56,495 nucleotides of DNA from a virus (Duplodnaviria > Caudoviricetes), in the IMG/VR virus record IMGVR_UViG_3300021962_000129, positions 1 through 56,495 of that record; one strand, 5' to 3'. Below the pieces are notes generated by a model that saw only the letters and a program-made list of their open reading frames with translations, made no database searches and was not told the origin of the DNA. A program made the translations under genes and the position numbers. Each line of letters begins with the position of its first letter. Position 1 is the stretch's first letter. This document shows positions 1-6,832 of this stretch, piece by piece.

Positions 1-30
1 ATTCTTAATGAAGATCTTTCTGAGTTTCAT
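1..30 (-). CDS. 5' fragment of an SbcC/Rad50-like ATPase (T4 gp46-like), runs off the window edge
   Basis: ATG at 30 gives MKLRKIFIKN, a typical SMC/Rad50 N-terminus; overlaps the end of the Mre11-like gene. Not in the ORF track. Confidence 0.65.
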   Translation of the reverse strand, partial: MKLRKIFIKN

Positions 31-1042
31 TCTTTAGTAGCTCTAAGCCCTTTCTTAAATCGGCTTCTGGAATACTAGTCTTCTGCTCACTGATGTACTT
101 ATCAATAATATCGTCAGTAAGCTCAGTCAATGTTTCTGGAGTATAATAGCTCGATTGATTTACTTTATCATCTAAGAAAGGAAGATATTTCATATCAACA
201 AACTTTACTTTGTATTCTTCTAGAAGTTTCTTTCTCAGATCTAGTGTATCAAATCCATCTAACTTAGACAACAATACTCTAAGTATTGTAAAATACTTGG
301 TATCATTGATAAAGTCTTTGTTTGCTTCCAAAGCCTCTAAAGGAAACGTTAGATACCTTGGGCCAAAGTTAATAGGTTTTAGTTCAATCTTCCTATTGTG
401 ATCGATGATTGCATACTGATGTGAGTAATCTACTTCTTGAAAACAAGTTGAGTAAGGTGTACCGAGAACAATTATATTACCCTTCTTGTCTGGCTTGTGA
501 ATGTGACCTAAGATAGTAGTGCAATCAAAATCCTCTGGGCTTATCTTAAAGTCTTCTTCTCCAGCAGTGTTTAAACATCCCTCAAATCCAAAATGACCAA
601 AAATAATTGTATTACTATTAATCATATTCATTTTTCTGAATTGATTAATTGTAGATAAAATTAATAATTCTTCTTCGTAATGAGGAATAAACAAATAGTT
701 TAATCCTGTTACAAATTTATTAGAATCTACAACAGTTACTCTACCTCTATCGAAAATACTTAAAGCGGTAATGCAAGTATCACCCTTTGTAGCTGAATCA
801 TGATTACCTCTTAATAAATAAATAGAAGTTATACTTGGTAACAAAGATATATTATCAAGAAGCTTATTAAGTTCAATAAGTGTTGCTGGGTCGGGCTTCC
901 TAAATTGAAAAATGTCACCTAGAAAAACCACGAAGGAAGGCTTTTCTAGGTGAACTATATCTTCAATACACTTACGTTGAGCTTCTAGGTAACCTTTGTA
1001 TTTATCTTCTAAATGTAGGTCACCTATTACTAGTGTCTTCAT
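5..1042 (-). CDS. Mre11/SbcD-like metallophosphoesterase nuclease (T4 gp47-like)
   Basis: Motifs GDLHL, GDIF, RGNHD, FGH, LGHIH and GTP in the expected order; followed by an SbcC-like start. Confidence 0.9.
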   Translation of the reverse strand: MKTLVIGDLHLEDKYKGYLEAQRKCIEDIVHLEKPSFVVFLGDIFQFRKPDPATLIELNKLLDNISLLPSITSIYLLRGNHDSATKGDTCITALSIFDRGRVTVVDSNKFVTGLNYLFIPHYEEELLILSTINQFRKMNMINSNTIIFGHFGFEGCLNTAGEEDFKISPEDFDCTTILGHIHKPDKKGNIIVLGTPYSTCFQEVDYSHQYAIIDHNRKIELKPINFGPRYLTFPLEALEANKDFINDTKYFTILRVLLSKLDGFDTLDLRKKLLEEYKVKFVDMKYLPFLDDKVNQSSYYTPETLTELTDDIIDKYISEQKTSIPEADLRKGLELLKNETQKDLH

Positions 1043-1410
1043 GAATGTGTCTCTAACACATGTGTAAGCTTAACGGTAATTACATCCATCTCTGAATCAA
1101 TAGCTCCCACATAAGGAGTATTATTTCCTACTGCTGTTCTAAGTTGATGATCATTCTTCATGATATCAACCCACTTGATGATGCAAAACTCAGTCCCTGC
1201 TCTCCTAGAAAACTTATCCTTAGGATGGCAAGTAGAGGATACTACAATGCCCGTGTCTGTATCGAAAAGGACAGTGTGCCCACCATAGTCGGTGAATTTG
1301 TTTCCGTTCCTATTCCGAAAATGCCGGAGTTTGATGAGCCGTTGTGTGATTGGTTGATCACCCATCGTATTGAACTTAACGAGAATCGAGCCCGCTTTAT
1401 AGTTTTTCAT
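1039..1410 (-). CDS. Hypothetical phage protein
   Basis: 123 aa; overlaps both neighbours in the operon; contains CHPKDKFSRRAG, resembling a small conserved phage motif. Confidence 0.6.
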   Translation of the reverse strand: MKNYKAGSILVKFNTMGDQPITQRLIKLRHFRNRNGNKFTDYGGHTVLFDTDTGIVVSSTCHPKDKFSRRAGTEFCIIKWVDIMKNDHQLRTAVGNNTPYVGAIDSEMDVITVKLTHVLETHS

Positions 1411-2158
1411 AATTAATTCCTATCTGTTGAAGATCTTCCTGCATCAAATTATAGATGCCCTCTGCATACTTGCGAATCTCAAATTGAGCATCCCGTGTCA
1501 ATCTTTGATTCAAGAAATGTATAACAGATTGTAGCGAACAAGTCCAGTATGCTTCAGAGTAAATATTCTGAGGTAGTATCATTCTAGCAATCTCTTTAGC
1601 TACACCAGTCTTAATAAGTCCCTCATAGATTGAATAGGCTTTATCAACGGCATGAGCCATCTGATTTAAATTATATTCAACTGGACCAATGTAGAACTTT
1701 TCCTCTGAAGTTTGTTTGTTTCCATGAGGAGGGTTGCCTCTAAGTTTAGTAGGAAAATAGAACTCTGGCTTTAGTTCTACATACCTACCGGATATCTCAT
1801 TCCAAGAGCAACCCTTATCGTCATCGTAAAAATGGTCGATAATATCTAAGCTAACGTCCTGACCGTTAACTTCAAAGGTCTTCCATACAGACCCTACCTG
1901 ATACTTCATCCACTGACGAAATACAAATAAGGGAGCTTTAATGTGAAATGTATAAAACGAGTGCCTAAAAGGACTTGTATGACCGTTTTCCCACAAGAAA
2001 GTTGTCAGTCTCTTATCTTTTTCGTCAAACTGATCCCTAGACTTATTATATGATATACGAGCAGAATTAACTACCTTAAGTGGTGTGTTATTCTGCATCT
2101 TATCAACTAAAGATACAAACCCTATATTATCCTCAAATGTAAATACTTTTTTATTCAT
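1397..2158 (-). CDS. thyX: Flavin-dependent thymidylate synthase (variant motif)
   Basis: VVNSARISY, GHTSPF, APLFVFRQW, WNEISGRY, AKEIARMILP and AQFEIRKYA are all ThyX-typical; the RHR signature is replaced by KYQ. Confidence 0.92.
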   Translation of the reverse strand: MNKKVFTFEDNIGFVSLVDKMQNNTPLKVVNSARISYNKSRDQFDEKDKRLTTFLWENGHTSPFRHSFYTFHIKAPLFVFRQWMKYQVGSVWKTFEVNGQDVSLDIIDHFYDDDKGCSWNEISGRYVELKPEFYFPTKLRGNPPHGNKQTSEEKFYIGPVEYNLNQMAHAVDKAYSIYEGLIKTGVAKEIARMILPQNIYSEAYWTCSLQSVIHFLNQRLTRDAQFEIRKYAEGIYNLMQEDLQQIGINYEKL

Positions 2159-2162
2159 ATAA

Positions 2163-2170
2163 CCTACATA
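2163..2170 (+). promoter_or_regulatory. Putative late promoter CCTACATA
   Basis: Matches the TA-N-ATA motif found before other late genes; ends 8 nt before the ATG at 2179. Confidence 0.5.
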
Positions 2171-2178
2171 TATTTGGT

Positions 2179-2502
2179 ATGATTAATGTTAAGTTTCTAA
2201 AAGAATGTTTCAGGCAATGCCTATTTCAACATTTAGACGAGGTTAGTCTGGCTGTTGGTAGGGGAGAAAAATTACCTGCCAGCAAAGGTGCTGGATTAAC
2301 AGCCAAAGGTCGTGCTAAATATAATAGAGCACACGGATCTAATTTAAAAGCTCCTGTTACGGGTAAAGTTAAAAAAGGTAGTAAAGCAGCTAAAAGACGT
2401 AAATCTTTTTGCGCTAGAATGCGTGGAGTTGTAAAGAAGTCCAAAAATGCCGAAAGAGCACGCGCCTCGCTTAGACGTTGGAAGTGTGGTGGAGTTAAGT
2501 AG
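2179..2502 (+). CDS. Small highly basic protein, probable capsid-internal or DNA-binding protein (DUF6321-like)
   Basis: GLTAKGRAKYNR...GSNLKAPV...RRKSFCARM...LRRWKC pattern recalled from myophage proteins; very Lys/Arg-rich. Confidence 0.65.
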   Translation: MINVKFLKECFRQCLFQHLDEVSLAVGRGEKLPASKGAGLTAKGRAKYNRAHGSNLKAPVTGKVKKGSKAAKRRKSFCARMRGVVKKSKNAERARASLRRWKCGGVK

Positions 2503-3577
2503 ACTCAAATTCTACCTCCTCTCCCACCCCAAACGAAGGTCCTACAAGAACTTCAATTTCCAGTGGGACACTAAAGCTAAATCCAAATTTCTCACGAATG
2601 TAAGGGTACTCAGTCATTTCATGATGCAAGACTTTAAGAACTTTCTTAGTCTCGTCTTTTGGACAGATAATTTCTACAGAGTCGTGGACTGTAGCAACGA
2701 TCTTAGCCTTGAAACCATTCTCCTTAAATCGTTTATTCAATCCAAGGATGCAGCTAAGAATTGTATCACTGGCTGCGGATTGAACAGTAAAATTTAGTCC
2801 CTGTCTAAGTGCTTGCTTTTGGACTGACTCAACGCGAGCATTAATGTTAGGAAGGTTCCTACGCCTACCGAAGATAGTGTAAGCATAACCTCTTTGCCTA
2901 ATATGCTCGAAAACGTGTTCCATGTAGCTTGGAACACCCGGAAAAGCTGCCATCCATCCATTGATAATCTCCGCTGCTCTCTTCTGAGGAATTCCCCTCT
3001 TACGAGCAAGGGTATAGTCTGACCCACCGTATACCACCAAGAAGGAAACTTCTTTTGCAATCTGCCTCTCCTCCTTAGTGATCTTGTCCATAGGCTTTCC
3101 AAATGTTACAGATGCAGAGTAAGTATGCAAATCCATACCTTCTTTAAAAGCCCGAGCCATGTTTCTTTCTCTGGCTAGGTGAGCCAAGATACGGAGTTCC
3201 ATGCTTTTCATGTCAGCGGTAATAAAATCCCAACCTTCAGGAGCTACTACATAACTTCTAATATTTACTGCACCACCTTCTCGGGGTAGAGTATGGAAGG
3301 AAACTCCCATCGTCTCATCAGCAGAGTACCCTGCATTAGACAGTCGGCCTGTGGCTGTACCATCAAGACGATAATCTACATAAATCTTATTATGTTTATT
3401 ATACTTGATAGCTGTATCCACACTTTTGATGTAAGTGTTGTATAACTTCTCTTCGGATCTAAGCTCTAAAAATTGAGTAATGAAATCCTGAATTTTAATA
3501 AGCTCTGCATCGGACTTCTGAGCTAGCACACTGGCACTGATGAGCTTATTTTGTTCTTCTTGCGTTCTTTTTCCCAT
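2495..3577 (-). CDS. polA: Family A DNA polymerase, palm/fingers part (third of three pieces)
   Basis: TATGRLS, motif A DMKSMELRILAHL, DLHT, motif B RQIAKEVSFLVVYG, GRRR, NFTVQSAASD, motif C VHDS. Confidence 0.93.
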   Translation of the reverse strand: MGKRTQEEQNKLISASVLAQKSDAELIKIQDFITQFLELRSEEKLYNTYIKSVDTAIKYNKHNKIYVDYRLDGTATGRLSNAGYSADETMGVSFHTLPREGGAVNIRSYVVAPEGWDFITADMKSMELRILAHLARERNMARAFKEGMDLHTYSASVTFGKPMDKITKEERQIAKEVSFLVVYGGSDYTLARKRGIPQKRAAEIINGWMAAFPGVPSYMEHVFEHIRQRGYAYTIFGRRRNLPNINARVESVQKQALRQGLNFTVQSAASDTILSCILGLNKRFKENGFKAKIVATVHDSVEIICPKDETKKVLKVLHHEMTEYPYIREKFGFSFSVPLEIEVLVGPSFGVGEEVEFEST

Positions 3578-4094
3578 TAGATTCCCTACGAGCTATTTCA
3601 TCCTTGATCTGAGTTAATAATAGATCCAATGCCTCAAAAGAGGTAGATGGTTGTCCTTTATCAGTAAAGATTGGTGGATACAAGTGAAAACCATAATTTT
3701 CAGTATCTTCAATCCAATCTTTCTCACTTTTGATTAGTGAATAGAATACTCTAATTAGATCTTGAGTAGATCCCATGTTCATATCTTTCTTTACTTCCGA
3801 GAAAGAATACAAAGCATCTTCGGTATCTATAATTTTATCTTTGAGTTGCTTTCCTAGGACCTTTAGCTGATCTTCAGAAATAATAAGTCCATCAAGCTCG
3901 ACCTCGGTAAAAAAAGTGATGGCTGGAGCCATCAAACTTTCATACACCTTAATCATTTCTAACTGACTTAGCTTATCATTAAGTACTTCATAAGATTTAT
4001 AGGTAAAGTAGCTATCCAGAGCGTTACCTTTAGCCATTTCAGCTAAAGGCATATCACCCCATACAATCGATTTTGGATTAGTTACTGTTAACAT
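3546..4094 (-). CDS. Family A DNA polymerase, ExoIII plus thumb part (second piece)
   Basis: ExoIII-like NALDSYFT, EVELDGL, NMGSTQDL (N..S..QL-like), TDKGQPSTSFEAL thumb motif. Confidence 0.85.
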   Translation of the reverse strand: MLTVTNPKSIVWGDMPLAEMAKGNALDSYFTYKSYEVLNDKLSQLEMIKVYESLMAPAITFFTEVELDGLIISEDQLKVLGKQLKDKIIDTEDALYSFSEVKKDMNMGSTQDLIRVFYSLIKSEKDWIEDTENYGFHLYPPIFTDKGQPSTSFEALDLLLTQIKDEIARRESNGKKNARRTK

Positions 4095-5125
4095 TAGGAT
4101 GCAAGCTCATGAGGGAAATAATAGTTGACGAGATCCTTGAGAGACTTAGGAAGGTTCTCATCCACAAGATGCTGCATAATCTTAGTATCCCATACATTGA
4201 TCATTTCTCCAACGCCAGCACGCTTAAAGAACTTTAAGTCGAATTTTGCATTGTGTAGGATCTTTCTGACGGGCGATGCAAAGACCTTACTCATGAAAGA
4301 AACTATCTCTGCCCTATCAACATCATTAAAGGGTGTTTCCTTATGATGGAATGGGATCACATAATTTTGATACTTTCCATTAGACTTAAAAGTTAATGCA
4401 ATCGTGAGAAGCTTGTCCGTAAGAAAGTTCAAACCCGTAGTCTCAGTATCAATAGCTATGAAACCTGAATCTAATGGAAAGGGTATGGATTTCAGCTTAC
4501 TAATAGAGTCCACAAGAGTATAACTGAAACCAGAAGTATTAACTTTCTTAAGTACGAATTCATTGACGGCATTCTCGATATCGGTTTGAAATAGGTAGCG
4601 GTTCTTTGGTTCGACGAGGACTTGGTATGGGTGGTAGATGGGGATAAGAGTGTATTCATGTCCTAATTCCGTTTTTAAGGGCATAGAACGCCCTCTCTTC
4701 TGCTCAATTCCAGTCTTCTTGGTTAGCATCACAAGGGGCAAATTACCACACCCAAAAACGATTCTGGGCTTTACTTTGTCTATGGTAGCTTCAAGATGCT
4801 TACGACAGATATCTTTATCCTGCTTAGACATATCATCAATCTTGACCCTAGGGCACTTAACTGCAGCGGTAAACTGAACTTTATCCAATATCTTACCAAA
4901 GCCACAGGACCCAAACACATCTAAAATAAGATCGATATCATCGTCTGTAAAGGGGGCCACGCCTCCATCGGATTGCATCTTAAAGGAGTCTGAGACCATT
5001 AAAATCTCAGACTCATGAAGTTCATTATAATCCATAATGGAATGCATTGGAAGGTTCTTTCCAAGAATGGAGCAACCTTTGCAACCATCATAAGTTATTT
5101 CGTACAAGTCTTTTAGAGAGTTCAT
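4094..5125 (-). CDS. Uracil-DNA glycosylase family 4-like domain fused to 3'-5' exonuclease ExoI/ExoII (first polymerase piece)
   Basis: CKGC, AVKC, CRKHL and YHP give a 4Fe-4S UDG-like pattern; followed by IDTETTG, HNAKFD, DTKIM and SLKDL exonuclease motifs. Confidence 0.87.
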   Translation of the reverse strand: MNSLKDLYEITYDGCKGCSILGKNLPMHSIMDYNELHESEILMVSDSFKMQSDGGVAPFTDDDIDLILDVFGSCGFGKILDKVQFTAAVKCPRVKIDDMSKQDKDICRKHLEATIDKVKPRIVFGCGNLPLVMLTKKTGIEQKRGRSMPLKTELGHEYTLIPIYHPYQVLVEPKNRYLFQTDIENAVNEFVLKKVNTSGFSYTLVDSISKLKSIPFPLDSGFIAIDTETTGLNFLTDKLLTIALTFKSNGKYQNYVIPFHHKETPFNDVDRAEIVSFMSKVFASPVRKILHNAKFDLKFFKRAGVGEMINVWDTKIMQHLVDENLPKSLKDLVNYYFPHELAS

Positions 5126-5139
5126 CTATAATTAATGTA

Positions 5140-5487
5140 ATGCCTAATTACATTGATAATAAGAAATTTGAGAAGCTAATTAAAGAGCACTGTAAAGGTC
5201 GGCGCAAGAACGAGGCAGAACTATTCCACCTGTTCGACCTTCTTATTTCCAATATCATAGACTCTTTTCACTTCAAAGTCGATAAGGAAGATGCAAAACA
5301 AGAGTGTTTTGTTCTAGTACTAAAAACGCTTAAGAACTTTAAGCCTTCTCAAGGCAGCGCATTTAATTATTTTACGACAATAATCGTTAATAATCTCAAA
5401 CTAATTTTTACTAAACGTAAAAAATATTCTGAGAAAATTAACGATTACTTTGAGATTAAGTACGGTCAGAGTCCTAGTTCTCTGTAG
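5140..5487 (+). CDS. Minimal late-transcription sigma factor (T4 gp55-like)
   Basis: MPNYIDNKKF start, EDAKQE and NFKP...SAFNYFTTII resemble gp55/sigma region 2; start at 5140 preferred over 5047, which overlaps the polymerase. Confidence 0.75.
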   Translation: MPNYIDNKKFEKLIKEHCKGRRKNEAELFHLFDLLISNIIDSFHFKVDKEDAKQECFVLVLKTLKNFKPSQGSAFNYFTTIIVNNLKLIFTKRKKYSEKINDYFEIKYGQSPSSL

Positions 5488-5816
5488 ATATCACCGTTAT
5501 TTAGATGAACTTGAACATTGTTATCTTTAACAGTTACTAAAGTTGGGACTCTTGTAAGTTTAGACTTTATGTCCAATGCTTCTCTCATCATTTGAGTCCC
5601 ATCAGGAGTATCCCAAGTGCTTACAACAAAAACATCTCTTGTTGCAACTGGATCTTTATCTGACATAGACTCTAAAGTCTTCAACAAATTTTTACAAACT
5701 TCATCCCAATCTGAAACAATTAAAAAAGTAGACTTAATTTCTTTAGTGGCTAGATTGTCTAAAACCCTCTCTAAAGAATCGTGGTTTCTAAGATAACGAA
5801 TGTTAAAATTGATCAT
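5466..5816 (-). CDS. Thioredoxin-fold-like protein lacking CxxC
   Basis: SDWDEVC at the WCxxC position and a later RVPTLV cis-Pro-like motif. Confidence 0.5.
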   Translation of the reverse strand: MINFNIRYLRNHDSLERVLDNLATKEIKSTFLIVSDWDEVCKNLLKTLESMSDKDPVATRDVFVVSTWDTPDGTQMMREALDIKSKLTRVPTLVTVKDNNVQVHLNNGDIYRELGL

Positions 5817-5820
5817 TATT

Positions 5821-6282
5821 TCACTGAACTACTGGTGGCTGATCTGAATTTGGCTTCTTTTCGCCTTCTTCAGTTGAGTCTTTAACCTCAACAATACCAT
5901 TATCCAAAAGATCTTGATCTGTAGGCATCTCTGGTACAATTATTGAGTCTGTGGCATCTTGAGTTGAGTTTCCGTAAAGCTCCTTCTCAAGTTTTTCAAT
6001 GTCCACACCTTGTTCAAGGAGTTGCTTCCTAACATTCTCATCCTTAAGAGATTGCTTCGCCATCTCTGCTAGTTGATTGTTAAGGGCACCAACTCCGTTG
6101 AAGAATACTTGCTTATAGAAAGTATCCTCATCAACTTGAGGTGGCTTAATTTGACTTGTCCAATTTTTTAAAGCTTGTGCTTCGTCTTCAGAAAATTTAA
6201 TTGTTACTTTCATACGTCCTCTAGTTCTATATTCAATTTTGGCTTTAGCCTTATTACTATTTAGATAAAGCTTTTTACCCAT
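5821..6282 (-). CDS. Hypothetical protein
   Basis: 153 aa, basic N-terminus, acidic low-complexity C-terminus; first gene of a leftward unit. Confidence 0.65.
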   Translation of the reverse strand: MGKKLYLNSNKAKAKIEYRTRGRMKVTIKFSEDEAQALKNWTSQIKPPQVDEDTFYKQVFFNGVGALNNQLAEMAKQSLKDENVRKQLLEQGVDIEKLEKELYGNSTQDATDSIIVPEMPTDQDLLDNGIVEVKDSTEEGEKKPNSDQPPVVQ

Positions 6283-6288
6283 GATTCT

Positions 6289-6297
6289 CTATGATAG
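6289..6297. promoter_or_regulatory. Palindromic CTATGATAG, putative bidirectional -10 element
   Basis: Lies between divergent starts at 6282(-) and 6314(+); the same pattern occurs at 54176-54184. Confidence 0.45.
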
Positions 6298-6313
6298 TAA
6301 AAGTGGTGAAATT

Positions 6314-6832
6314 ATGGAAGACAATTTTGATTTTTCGAGCTTAAAAAAGAAGAAACGTAAGAACAGTCGTACAAAAGGTAATGCGTTTGAAAGAAAAGTT
6401 TGCGCTTTGCTGAACGAAAGATTTGAAACTACAGATTTTAACAGGTCTCCGGGTTCGGGCGCGTTTGCTAATACACATAGGCTACCAGATCACTTAAAAG
6501 TTTACGGGGATCTTATCGTCCCTCAGGGGTTTCAATATATTATTGAATGTAAGAAAGGATATAATAAAGTAGGGTTAGGAAGCTTATTTAATACTAAATC
6601 AGAGTTCTATGATTTTATCAACCAAGCCAAGAGAGATGCAAGCAAAATCTCAAAAAAATGGATGGTTATTTTTCAACAAGACAGAAAAGATACACTTGCA
6701 ATATTTGAAGATTTATATTTAAAACATACAGCTAAAGATGTTACTTATTTAAATTTTAACAATAGCAGTTTGTTAGTTATGAGGCTGGAAGATCTGTTAA
6801 AAATTACTACTAGAGATTTTTGGTTTAGCTAA
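6314..6832 (+). CDS. Holliday junction resolvase (Hjc-like PD-(D/E)XK)
   Basis: SRTKGNAFER, RSPGSG, GDL, IECK and QA motifs; start 6314 follows GGTG (alternative start 6281). Confidence 0.82.
   Translation: MEDNFDFSSLKKKKRKNSRTKGNAFERKVCALLNERFETTDFNRSPGSGAFANTHRLPDHLKVYGDLIVPQGFQYIIECKKGYNKVGLGSLFNTKSEFYDFINQAKRDASKISKKWMVIFQQDRKDTLAIFEDLYLKHTAKDVTYLNFNNSSLLVMRLEDLLKITTRDFWFS

Noticed and set aside
3540-4110. Intron, intein or -1 frameshift explaining the split polymerase
   Set aside because: No intervening sequence, homing endonuclease or intein motifs; at junction 1 the downstream frame is closed by TGA five codons before its ATG and has no slippery site.
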